A stretch of DNA of 42,087 nucleotides from contig JBJFGY010000062.1 of NCBI GenBank assembly GCA_051893155.1, positions 1 to 42,087 of the forward strand, read 5' to 3'. Positions 27,888 to 37,197 of this stretch are shown here, in pieces. This stretch comes from Bacilli bacterium (lineage in GTDB: Bacteria > Bacillota_I > Bacilli_A > RF39 > UBA660). The position numbers were made by a program, and so were the translations under genes. A model generated the notes under the pieces. That model saw only the letters and a list, made by a program, of their open reading frames with translations, ran no database searches and was not told the origin of the DNA. Each line of letters starts with the position of its first letter. The first letter of the stretch is position 1.

Positions 27888-28665
27888 TTATGCAGTTTGT
27901 TATAAAGATAGTAATAAAAGTTATTATTTTAAATCTTTGGAAAAATATGAAATCAATGATGAAGTAATTGTTGATACTGATAAAGGATTACAATATGGAA
28001 AGATTATTAAAATAGTAGATGTTGAAAATTTAGATAATTTAAAAATGATATTAAGGAAAGCAACAAAAGAAGATACTGATACTTTTTATACAAATTTAAA
28101 AGATGCAGATATAGCACTAAAAAATGCTAGAAAGATTGTTGATGATTTAAAATTAGATATGCATATTATTAACGCTTGTTATAATTTAGAAAGAACCCAA
28201 CTTCTATTTAATTTTTATGCTGATGAAAGAATTGATTTTAGAGAATTAGCTAAAAAATTAGCAAGTATATATAGAACTAGAATAGAACTTAGACAAATAG
28301 GTGCAAGAGATAAAGCTAAACAGATTTCTGGTGTAGGTATTTGTGGTGAACAATTATGTTGTTCAAGATTTTTGAAACAATTTGATTCTATAACTATGAA
28401 TATGGCTAAAAATCAAAATATAGCATTAAATCCAAATAAAATAAATGGTTGTTGTGGAAGATTATTATGTTGTTTAAATTATGAGGATGAAGAATATACC
28501 ACGTGTAGTAAAAATTTATTATCAATTGGTACAATTATTAAATATAATGGTGAAGATGCCACTATTATAGGAGTTGATATTTTAAATAAAAAATATAAAA
28601 TATTATGTGGTGATCAAAAGTTTTTAATTGATTCTCAGCAGGTAGAAAATGATAGTAAAAAATGA
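27871..28665 (+). CDS. ricT: PSP1-domain regulatory protein RicT/YaaT
   Basis: PSP1 domain with the Cys cluster GICGEQLCCSRFL ... NGCCGRLLCCLNYE. Follows holB as in B. subtilis. Confidence 0.85.
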   Translation: MKLMNSYAVCYKDSNKSYYFKSLEKYEINDEVIVDTDKGLQYGKIIKIVDVENLDNLKMILRKATKEDTDTFYTNLKDADIALKNARKIVDDLKLDMHIINACYNLERTQLLFNFYADERIDFRELAKKLASIYRTRIELRQIGARDKAKQISGVGICGEQLCCSRFLKQFDSITMNMAKNQNIALNPNKINGCCGRLLCCLNYEDEEYTTCSKNLLSIGTIIKYNGEDATIIGVDILNKKYKILCGDQKFLIDSQQVENDSKK

Positions 28666-29359
28666 TTTATTTGATTATCAGAATAGATATATATATCAAA
28701 ATTCTGATTTTTTTAAATTTTCAGTTGATTCTATTTTACTTTCGGAATTTGCAAATAAATATCCACTTAATGGCAAAATATTAGATATATGTACCGGTAA
28801 TGCAGTAATTCCCTTAATATTATCTAAATATACTTCAAATAATATTTATTGTTTTGAAATTCAAGAATCTATTGCAAGATTAGCCCAATTATCAATTAAA
28901 GAAAATAAACTTTTAAATCAAATAAAATTAATAAATGACGATATTAAAAATATAGGAGACTATTATCCAAAAAATTATTTTAATATAATTACTTGTAATC
29001 CACCTTATTTTGAATATAATGGTCATATGGTTAATAAAACAAAAGAAAAAATGATTGCAAGACATGAAGTTACTTTAAATTTAGAACAAATTTTTGAAAT
29101 AGCTTATAATTATCTTGAAAATAATGGTATTATGTATATAATAAATAGGTCAGAAAGATTAGATGAACTAATTGATTTAGGATTTAAATATAAAATTGGC
29201 GTTAAAGAAATACAATTAATAAAAACTAAAGAAAATAGTAATCCAACTTTAGTTATTGTTAAATGCATTAAAAATAGTAAAAAACATGTTAAAATTAATG
29301 ATGTAATATGTATTCAAAATTTAAGCTCATATAAAAATATATTTAAGGAGGAAAAATGA
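28649..29359 (+). CDS. SAM-dependent methyltransferase, YabB/TrmN6-like (tRNA m6A37-type)
   Basis: SAM motif ILDICTGNAVIPL and catalytic CNPPYF. Occupies the position equivalent to B. subtilis yabB. Confidence 0.7.
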   Translation: MIVKNDLFDYQNRYIYQNSDFFKFSVDSILLSEFANKYPLNGKILDICTGNAVIPLILSKYTSNNIYCFEIQESIARLAQLSIKENKLLNQIKLINDDIKNIGDYYPKNYFNIITCNPPYFEYNGHMVNKTKEKMIARHEVTLNLEQIFEIAYNYLENNGIMYIINRSERLDELIDLGFKYKIGVKEIQLIKTKENSNPTLVIVKCIKNSKKHVKINDVICIQNLSSYKNIFKEEK

Positions 29360-29928
29360 AATTAATTGTGGGATTGGGAAACCAAGGAAAAAACTACAAA
29401 AATACTTATCATAATGTAGGTTTTATCATTTTAGATAATTATTTTGGCAACGTAGAATGGAAAATTAAGGATAATTATGCTTATAATATTTTAACTATTG
29501 AAAATGAGAAAGTAATATTTCTTAAGCCTTTGACTTATATGAATTTATCTGGTTTAGCAGTAGAAAAAGTTGTTAATTTTTATAAAATAGACTCTAAAAA
29601 TATTTTAGTTATACATGATGATATAAATTTATTATCTGGAAATTATAAATTTAAGTTTAATTCCTCTTCTGGTGGACATAATGGTATTAAATCAATAATA
29701 TCATCTTTAGGTACACAAGAGTTTTGCCAATTAAAAATAGGTATTAATAATAATAATAATAATAATCATAATAATAATAATAATTCATTAAAAGATTTTG
29801 TTTTATCATCATTATCAAATAAAGAAATAGAAAATTTAAAAGATAACAAGTATATTGACATGATAAATTACTATATTAAAAATGGGATAGATATGACTAT
29901 GAATAAATTTAATTCAAATGAGGTATAA
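29356..29928 (+). CDS. pth: Peptidyl-tRNA hydrolase
   Basis: MKLIVGLGNQGKNYKNTYHNVGF, HDDINL and GGHNGIKS motifs. Contains an internal N7-H-N5 insert. Confidence 0.9.
   Translation: MKLIVGLGNQGKNYKNTYHNVGFIILDNYFGNVEWKIKDNYAYNILTIENEKVIFLKPLTYMNLSGLAVEKVVNFYKIDSKNILVIHDDINLLSGNYKFKFNSSSGGHNGIKSIISSLGTQEFCQLKIGINNNNNNNHNNNNNSLKDFVLSSLSNKEIENLKDNKYIDMINYYIKNGIDMTMNKFNSNEV
29746..29784 (+). repeat. (AAT)n trinucleotide microsatellite inside pth
   Basis: (AAT)7 CAT (AAT)5, in frame, encoding NNNNNNNHNNNNN. Confidence 0.95.
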
Positions 29929-32900
29929 ATGGATTATTTAGATAATTATTTTTCATATAAAAATAATGATGTAATATATGGTTTAACTTCTGAGTTAAAT
30001 GTTTTTTTTGTGTTAAATTTATTTAAAAAGGAGCAAAAAAATATAATTGTTTTAACAAGTAGTTTATATGAAGCAAATAATTATTATAATCTTTTTCAAA
30101 CTTATACAAAAGAAGTATTACTTTTTATAATTGATGATTTTTTAATTAGCAACGCAATATCATCTCCTGAACTTAAACTTACTAGATTAAATACTTTAGA
30201 CAAATTAAATTCTTCAAATTATATTATTATATGTAACTTAAGAGCATATTTAATGTTTTTACCAAATAAAGATGAAAATAATAATATTAAAATAAGTATA
30301 AATACTCAAATTAATAGGAGTGAATTTATTGATAAATTAATAAATTTTGGTTATGTTAAAGAATCAATAACAACGACAACTGGAGATTTTTCCGTAAGAG
30401 GAATGATTATTGATATATTTTTAATTAATGAAGTTCATCCAATTAGAATTGAACTTGATGATAATATTATTGTGGGAATCAAATATTTTGATGAAACATC
30501 ACAAATTACTATTAATAAAATTGATACTATAATAATTAAACCAATTTCAGAAATAAAAACAAATATTTCTTATTCTTTATATGATTATTGTAATGATTCA
30601 ATATTAATTAATATAGATAAACCACAAATTGAGGCAACATATAAAAAACTTTCTGAGGATGTTTTAAATTATAATATTCAAAATAATATAACAGAAAAGA
30701 CTTTATTTTCTTTAGGTGAAATAAAACCCAAATTTGAAATATCTTTAAATAATTTTAGAACAAATATAAAAGATACTCAGATATATTCTCAACCAATGCA
30801 AAATTTTAACAATGATTTAGAACTTTTAAAAAATAAAGTAAATATTTGGCATAATGAAGGTAAAAAAGTAATATTTTATTTATCTAATGATAATGAAATA
30901 AAAAAGATAAAAAAGATACTTTCAGATATAAAAATAATTAAGCAAAAAATTAATCATGGATTTATTATTAATGATTTAGTTATTATTGGTGAATATGATA
31001 TTGATAATATAAAAAGAGATTATAAATATCAAAATAATTTATATGGTGGCAAAAAAATATTAAATTATAATGAATTACAAAAAGGTGATTATGTTGTTCA
31101 TATAAATCATGGAATAGGAATATATAATGGAATTGTTAGCCTTACAAGTGGTAATATTACTAAAGATTATATTCAAATAATATATTTAGATAATGATAAA
31201 ATATACGTTCCAGTACAAAAGATTGAAAACATTTATAAATATTCTGATAAAGATGGTATTAAACCAAAGTTAAATAGATTAAATTCCTCAAATTGGTTAA
31301 AAACAAGAAAATATGTTGAATCAAAAGTTAAAGATATAACTAAAGAACTATTAGATTTGTATAAAAGTAGAATATCTATAAAAGTAGTACCTTATAAATA
31401 TTTTGAAGAGGAAGAAATATTTGCGAAAGAATTTGCTTATGATTTAACAAAAGATCAACAGCGCGCAATTAATGATATTACATTAGATTTATCAAAAGAT
31501 GTACCTATGGATAGATTATTATGTGGTGATGTTGGTTTTGGTAAAACAGAAATTGCACTTAGGACTATGTTTAAGGCAATTTTAAATAATAAACAAGTTA
31601 TATATTTATGTCCAACAACAATTTTATCTAAACAGCAATATAATGTTGCTTTAAAAAGATTTGCTTCTTGGCCAGTAAATATAAAATTATATAATAGATT
31701 TACTACTTTAAAAGAAGAAAAAAATATAATAGATGGACTTGAAAAAGGCACAATTGATATAGTATTTGGAACTCATAAATTATTAAATAATAAATTAATA
31801 TATAAAAGATTAGGTCTTCTTATAATTGACGAAGAACAAAGATTTGGTGTAAAACATAAAGAACTAATCAAAGAAATGAAAAAGGATATAAATGTTTTAA
31901 CTTTATCTGCGACACCTATACCTAGGACATTAAAGATGGCTCTTTCTGGTTTAAGAAGTTTATCAATTATTGAAACTCCACCAAATAATAGATACCCAGT
32001 TCAGACATATGTCTTAAGTGAAGATGAATTAATTATTAAAGATGCTATATATAAAGAATTAAGTCGCAATGGTCAAATATTTATTTTATATAATAATATT
32101 GCTGATTTAGAAAATAAAACAAATCATTTAAAGATAATTTTACCGGAAGCAAAGATACGATATGCTCATGGGCAGATGAATAAAGATGAACTTGATTATA
32201 TAATGAATGATTTTATTCAACATAATTTTGATATATTAATTTGTACTACAATTATTGAAAATGGTATAGATATTGCTAATGCTAATACTTTAATAGTATA
32301 TAATGCGGACTATTTTGGATTATCACAACTTTATCAATTAAGGGGAAGAGTTGGACGTAGTGAAAGAGTTGGCTATGCTTATTTTCTTTATAATAAAAAT
32401 AAAGTATTAAATGAAATAGCAATAAAAAGGCTTCAATCAATTAGAGAATTTACATCTTTAGGTAGCGGATATAAAATTGCCATGAGAGATTTATCTATAC
32501 GTGGTTCTGGAGATATTTTTGGTTCATCACAGGCAGGATTTGTTGACAGTGTTGGAGTTAGTTTATATACAAAAATGATAGAAGATGAACTCAAAAAAAT
32601 TAAAGGTGAATATGTATGTGAAAAAGATGATGACGAAAAAGCATTAATTAATATAGATACTCATATTGAAGATAGTTATGTAAAAGACGAAGATATTAAA
32701 ATTGAAATTCATAAATTAATAAATGAAATAGATTCATATGATAAATTAATTGAAGTAAAAGATATTATTCAAGATAGGTTTGGAAAAATAAGTAATAAAA
32801 TTGAAGATTATATGTATGAAGAATGGTTTGAAAAAATTGCTAAAAAACTAGGTATAAAAAAAGTTTTACAAACTGATAGAATGGTTGAAATTGATTTACC

Positions 32901-33075
32901 AAAAGAATTATCTTCTAAAATTAAAGGAGATAAATTATTATATAATGCACTTAGTATTTCAAATAATTTTAAACTATCATATCGCCATGAAATAATAAGT
33001 ATTACTTTATTTTATAAAAATTTACCCGAGCATTTTGTACGATACTTAGTTAAATTATTAAATACATTAGTATAG
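29929..33075 (+). CDS. mfd: Transcription-repair coupling factor Mfd
   Basis: 1048 aa. CarD/RNAP-interaction-like region (GDYVVHINHGIGIY), SF2 translocase motifs GDVGFGKTE, DEEQRFG and QLRGRVGRS, and a TRG-like region. Confidence 0.95.
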   Translation: MDYLDNYFSYKNNDVIYGLTSELNVFFVLNLFKKEQKNIIVLTSSLYEANNYYNLFQTYTKEVLLFIIDDFLISNAISSPELKLTRLNTLDKLNSSNYIIICNLRAYLMFLPNKDENNNIKISINTQINRSEFIDKLINFGYVKESITTTTGDFSVRGMIIDIFLINEVHPIRIELDDNIIVGIKYFDETSQITINKIDTIIIKPISEIKTNISYSLYDYCNDSILINIDKPQIEATYKKLSEDVLNYNIQNNITEKTLFSLGEIKPKFEISLNNFRTNIKDTQIYSQPMQNFNNDLELLKNKVNIWHNEGKKVIFYLSNDNEIKKIKKILSDIKIIKQKINHGFIINDLVIIGEYDIDNIKRDYKYQNNLYGGKKILNYNELQKGDYVVHINHGIGIYNGIVSLTSGNITKDYIQIIYLDNDKIYVPVQKIENIYKYSDKDGIKPKLNRLNSSNWLKTRKYVESKVKDITKELLDLYKSRISIKVVPYKYFEEEEIFAKEFAYDLTKDQQRAINDITLDLSKDVPMDRLLCGDVGFGKTEIALRTMFKAILNNKQVIYLCPTTILSKQQYNVALKRFASWPVNIKLYNRFTTLKEEKNIIDGLEKGTIDIVFGTHKLLNNKLIYKRLGLLIIDEEQRFGVKHKELIKEMKKDINVLTLSATPIPRTLKMALSGLRSLSIIETPPNNRYPVQTYVLSEDELIIKDAIYKELSRNGQIFILYNNIADLENKTNHLKIILPEAKIRYAHGQMNKDELDYIMNDFIQHNFDILICTTIIENGIDIANANTLIVYNADYFGLSQLYQLRGRVGRSERVGYAYFLYNKNKVLNEIAIKRLQSIREFTSLGSGYKIAMRDLSIRGSGDIFGSSQAGFVDSVGVSLYTKMIEDELKKIKGEYVCEKDDDEKALINIDTHIEDSYVKDEDIKIEIHKLINEIDSYDKLIEVKDIIQDRFGKISNKIEDYMYEEWFEKIAKKLGIKKVLQTDRMVEIDLPKELSSKIKGDKLLYNALSISNNFKLSYRHEIISITLFYKNLPEHFVRYLVKLLNTLV

Positions 33076-33114
33076 AAAATTTAAAATATAACACACTATA
33101 AAAGAGGTGTGTTT

Positions 33115-33603
33115 TTGAAAAGTACAGGTATTATAAGAAAAATTGATGATTTAGGTAGAATTGTAATTCCAAAAGAGATAAGAAATCTTTTAAATATCCA
33201 AAATAATGATAATATTGAAATTTATATTGAAAATAAAAATATTATTTTATCTAAATATGATAAGGCTATGGATTTAAAAAGTTATGCTGATAAATTAGTT
33301 GATATTGTTACTAATAATTCTGATATCAGATTATTTATAACTAATAAAGAAAATATTATTACTAAAGGTATATTAGAAAATAATAAAATAGATAATTCAT
33401 TACAAAATCTTTTAATAGAAAGAAAAAAATATGAAAGTAGTACTGAAGATATAATAAATAATTTAAAGGGTTATTTTCTAATTTATCCAATAATTATTGA
33501 TAGTGATATATTAGGTTTATTTATCTTTTTTAAAGAAAATGAAATAACTGTTCAAGACAAAATGCTTGCAAACATTATTTTAAAAATTCTTGAAAATAGA
33601 TAA
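33115..33603 (+). CDS. spoVT: Stage V sporulation transcription regulator SpoVT (AbrB-family)
   Basis: N-terminal SpoVT/AbrB swapped-hairpin domain (KSTGIIRKIDDLGRIVIPKEIR) plus a C-terminal GAF-like domain of about 110 aa. Follows mfd as in B. subtilis. The TTG 33115 start is preferred because it lies 7 nt after AAAGAGG. The GTG at 33109 is only 1 nt from the RBS. Confidence 0.75.
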   Translation: MKSTGIIRKIDDLGRIVIPKEIRNLLNIQNNDNIEIYIENKNIILSKYDKAMDLKSYADKLVDIVTNNSDIRLFITNKENIITKGILENNKIDNSLQNLLIERKKYESSTEDIINNLKGYFLIYPIIIDSDILGLFIFFKENEITVQDKMLANIILKILENR

Positions 33604-33620
33604 ATAATATGCTAATATTT

Positions 33621-33819
33621 ACTTGTAGATGCGATGAAGGAAAAGATTTATAGTATTAATTATTTGTAGAAAGCATTTGTTTGATGAAAAAATGTAATAA
33701 TAGACTATAATGTGAGTTCTTAAGTTTTTACGGGTAATACCCTTATATGTAAAGAGCATGTAAAACATGAATTAAGGTGGTACCGCGGGTATATCTCGTC
33801 CTTTAGTTCATGTTTTTTT
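33621..33819 (+). promoter_or_regulatory. T-box leader RNA (probable Met specificity) upstream of dut-metG
   Basis: Stem I GA/K-turn motif AGAUGCGAUGA (33627-37) and an AG-box-like GUAGAAAGC. The canonical T-box sequence AAUUAAGGUGGUACCGCG is at 33770-87, with a UGGUACC bulge. A U7 tract lies at 33813-19. Several AUG triplets in stem I (33684, 33692, 33710) are candidate specifier codons. Confidence 0.8.
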
Positions 33820-33836
33820 ATGAAAGGAAGTTATTT

Positions 33837-34319
33837 ATGGAAAGAAAATTTGAAAAAATAAGTTTTAAAGAATTTGCAAAAGATATAAAAGATGATAATG
33901 GTCTTTATAATTCTGTTATTTTACCTATAAGAAAAACAAGTCAAAGTGCTGGATATGATTTTATTGCTTATGATAAAGTAATTATACATCCTGGAGAAAT
34001 TGTTAAAATACCATCATCTTATAAAGTTAGTTTAAATGCTAACGAGGTTTTATTAATAGTGGTAAGAAGTAGTATGGGATTTAAATATAATATTAGATTA
34101 TGTAATCAAGTTGGAGTAATTGATGCTGATTATTATAATAATGATAATAATGAAGGACATATTTATGTAGCACTTCAAAATGAAGGAGATAAAGATTTTA
34201 TTATTGAAAAGGGCGATGCTTATGCTCAAGGGATAATATTAAATTATTTAACCTGTGGCGATGAAAATAATAATAAACGTAGTGGCGGAATTGGAAGTAC
34301 TAATACGGAGGGGATATGA
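33837..34319 (+). CDS. dut: dUTP diphosphatase (trimeric dUTPase)
   Basis: Motifs AGYDF, VRSSMG, GVIDADYYNN and the C-terminal RSGGIGSTN. The start is set at ATG 33837 after AAAGGAAG. The ORF track ATG at 33810 lies inside the T-box terminal helix. Confidence 0.8.
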   Translation: MERKFEKISFKEFAKDIKDDNGLYNSVILPIRKTSQSAGYDFIAYDKVIIHPGEIVKIPSSYKVSLNANEVLLIVVRSSMGFKYNIRLCNQVGVIDADYYNNDNNEGHIYVALQNEGDKDFIIEKGDAYAQGIILNYLTCGDENNNKRSGGIGSTNTEGI

Positions 34320-35848
34320 AAGAAAAAAAATTTTATTTAACAACACCAATATATTATCCATCAGATAATTTTCATATAGGACATTGCTATACAACTATAA
34401 TTGCTGATGCAATAGCTAGATTTAAAAGGCTTGATGGATATGATACATTTTTTTTAACTGGAACTGATGAACATGGTCAAAAAATAGAAAAAAAAGCATT
34501 AGAAAAAGGTATTACTCCTAAAGAATATGTTGATAAAATTGTAGAAAATGCTAAAGACTTATGGAAGAACCTTAATATTAGTTATGATAAATTTATTAGA
34601 ACAACAGATAAATCTCATGAAGAAGTTGTTCAAAAAATATTTAAAAAATTGTATGATCAAGGTGATATTTATAAAGGTGAATATAAAGGTTTATATTGTA
34701 CCCCATGTGAATCATTTTGGACGCAAACTCAACTTGATGAAAATGGTTGTTGTCCAGATTGTCATAGAGAAGTTCACGAAGTTAAAGAAGAAGCATACTT
34801 TTTTAAATTATCAAAATATCAAAAACGTTTAGAAAAATTTTTAGATGAAAATCCAGAATTTATTGAACCAGTTTCTAGAAAAAATGAGATGATAAATAAT
34901 TTTATAAATCCAGGTTTAGAGGATTTATGTGTATCAAGAACATCATTTAAATGGGGTATTCCTGTTTCTTTTGATAATAAACATGTAATATATGTTTGGA
35001 TTGATGCTCTTTCAAATTATATTTCAGCTTTAGGTTATTTAACAAACGATGATACTTTATTTAAAAAATATTGGCCTGCAGATTTACATATTGTTGGAAA
35101 AGAAATAGTACGTTTTCATACAATTATTTGGCCAATTATATTAATGGCATTAGATTTACCTTTACCTAAAAAAATATTTGGGCATGGATGGTTAATTGTT
35201 GATGGTGGTAAAATATCAAAAAGTTTAGGAAATTATAAAGACCCAAGAGAATATATTAGAGCTTATGGTGTAGATGCAGTAAGGTATTATGCTTTAAGAG
35301 AGGTTCCATTTGGAAGTGATGGTAATTTTTCTGAGGAAGCATTAATAACAAGAACAAATGCTGATCTTGCAAATGTTTTAGGCAATCTTGTTAACAGAAC
35401 TATTGGCATGGTTAATAAATATTTTGAAGGAAGTATCTGTAATAAAAATATTAAAGAAGATGTTGATGAAAATTTAATAAATTATGCGTTAAATTTAAAA
35501 GAAATAGTAACAAATTACATGGATAAACTTGATATTTCGAATGCCATTGATTGTATATTTGAAATATTTAGAAAATGTAATAAATATATCGATGATACTA
35601 CACCATGGGTTCTTGCTAAAAGTGAAGAAAATAATGATAGACTTCAAACAGTTCTTTATAACATTATTGAAAGTATAAGAATTGGAACAGTTTTATTACA
35701 AGCTTTTTTACCTACAACTGCAGAAAAAATATTTACTCAAATAAATACTAAACAAACTACATTTGATACTATTACCTCATTTGGTAATTATGAATATCCA
35801 AATAAATTAGGAAAACCAGAAGTATTATTTGCAAGGATTGAAAAATAA
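34316..35848 (+). CDS. metG: Methionine--tRNA ligase (short form, no C-terminal tRNA-binding domain)
   Basis: HIGH (NFHIGHCYT), zinc knuckles (CTPCESFW ... CPDCHRE) and KMSKS (KISKSLGN). Confidence 0.95.
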   Translation: MKEKKFYLTTPIYYPSDNFHIGHCYTTIIADAIARFKRLDGYDTFFLTGTDEHGQKIEKKALEKGITPKEYVDKIVENAKDLWKNLNISYDKFIRTTDKSHEEVVQKIFKKLYDQGDIYKGEYKGLYCTPCESFWTQTQLDENGCCPDCHREVHEVKEEAYFFKLSKYQKRLEKFLDENPEFIEPVSRKNEMINNFINPGLEDLCVSRTSFKWGIPVSFDNKHVIYVWIDALSNYISALGYLTNDDTLFKKYWPADLHIVGKEIVRFHTIIWPIILMALDLPLPKKIFGHGWLIVDGGKISKSLGNYKDPREYIRAYGVDAVRYYALREVPFGSDGNFSEEALITRTNADLANVLGNLVNRTIGMVNKYFEGSICNKNIKEDVDENLINYALNLKEIVTNYMDKLDISNAIDCIFEIFRKCNKYIDDTTPWVLAKSEENNDRLQTVLYNIIESIRIGTVLLQAFLPTTAEKIFTQINTKQTTFDTITSFGNYEYPNKLGKPEVLFARIEK

Positions 35849-35850
35849 TT

Positions 35851-36603
35851 ATGTTTGTAGATTCACATTGTCATTTATACTCAGAATATTATGATAATAT
35901 AAATGAAATTATTAATTTATCTAAGAAAGATAAGATTTGTTATTTTATTAATGCAGGTTGTGATAAAAAATCAAATTTGGAAGTAATAACACTCATAAAT
36001 AATAAAGATATATTTGGTGTTATAGGATATCATCCTGAATATGCAGATATAATTACAAAGCAAGATTTAATTCTTTTGGAAGAACAAATAAAAACTAACA
36101 ATATTATTGGAATAGGTGAAATAGGTTTAGATTTTCATTATGATAATTATGATAAAGAAAAACAAATAAAATTATTTAATTATCAACTTAATATTGCTGA
36201 GAAATATAATTTACCAGTTGTAATTCATTCAAGAGAAGCGACTAAAGAAACAATTGATATATTAAAAAAATATAATGTAAAAGGAATAATTCATTCTTTT
36301 TCTGGATCTAAAGAAATTGCAGAAATTTACATAAAGATGGGTTTTATATTAGGTATTAATGGAACAATTACTTTTAAAAATTGTAAACTAATTAATACTT
36401 TAAAAGAAATAGGAATAAAAAATATTGCTTTCGAAACCGATTGCCCTTATTTAACACCAGTACCTTTAAGAGGCAAAAAAAATTATCCAGGTAATATTAA
36501 ATATATTATAGAATTTATTTCAGAGAATTTAAATATTACAATCGAAGATTTATCTAAAATTACTAACGATAATATAAACAGAATATTTAATATTAATATA
36601 TGA
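35851..36603 (+). CDS. tatD: TatD-family metal-dependent DNase/hydrolase (YabD)
   Basis: DSHCHL, GEIGLD and VIHSR motifs. Follows metG as in B. subtilis. Confidence 0.9.
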   Translation: MFVDSHCHLYSEYYDNINEIINLSKKDKICYFINAGCDKKSNLEVITLINNKDIFGVIGYHPEYADIITKQDLILLEEQIKTNNIIGIGEIGLDFHYDNYDKEKQIKLFNYQLNIAEKYNLPVVIHSREATKETIDILKKYNVKGIIHSFSGSKEIAEIYIKMGFILGINGTITFKNCKLINTLKEIGIKNIAFETDCPYLTPVPLRGKKNYPGNIKYIIEFISENLNITIEDLSKITNDNINRIFNINI

Positions 36604-36627
36604 TTAATTTCATATATTTTTTAAATG

Positions 36628-36656
36628 TTTACATGTTTTTTTATTAATGCTATAAT
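36628..36656 (+). promoter_or_regulatory. Putative sigma-A promoter for the 3D-domain gene
   Basis: TTTACA (36628-33), a 17 nt spacer, then TATAAT (36651-56). Confidence 0.5.
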
Positions 36657-36671
36657 TTAAATGGATATAAT

Positions 36672-37196
36672 ATGAAAAAAATATTTAAAATAATAAAAAT
36701 TTTAGTTTTAATTTTTGTAATTTGTATTTCTTTTACAAGTAGTTTTATTTATGAATCAAAAATATATAATAACAATCCGAATAAAGGAGTAGATGAAGTT
36801 GCAATGGCAATGAAAATAAATGAATTTGACTATGAATCATTATATGGTGCTAAAGATACTTTAGTTGGTGATCTTACAGGATATGCTTATAATTGTCCTT
36901 TATGTAGTGGAAAGCTTGCTTGTCTAGGTAATTATAATATAACCAATGGTACAACAACCTTTAATGATGAAACATATGGAAATGTTATGATAGTTGCATC
37001 AAGTACAAATTTAGCATGTGGTTCAATTGTTAGATTTAATGTTAATAAACTTTCAAGTGAGCCTATTCTTGCAATAGTACTTGATCGAGGTGTCCGAGGA
37101 AATAATTTAGATCTTTTAGCAGTAAGCGAAGAATATGCAATAAATAATATTGGTAGAGTTGAAATAACATATGATGTATTAAGAAATGGATGGTAA
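36672..37196 (+). CDS. Secreted 3D/RlpA-like (double-psi beta-barrel) domain protein, YabE-position
   Basis: N-terminal TM/signal segment. 3D-domain-like pattern GDLTGYAY ... G..MIVASS ... GSIVRF ... LAIVLDRGVRGNNLDLL, with an inserted CPLCSGKLAC. Same locus as B. subtilis yabE, but it lacks the DUF348/G5 repeats. Confidence 0.5.
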   Translation: MKKIFKIIKILVLIFVICISFTSSFIYESKIYNNNPNKGVDEVAMAMKINEFDYESLYGAKDTLVGDLTGYAYNCPLCSGKLACLGNYNITNGTTTFNDETYGNVMIVASSTNLACGSIVRFNVNKLSSEPILAIVLDRGVRGNNLDLLAVSEEYAINNIGRVEITYDVLRNGW

Positions 37197-37197
37197 T

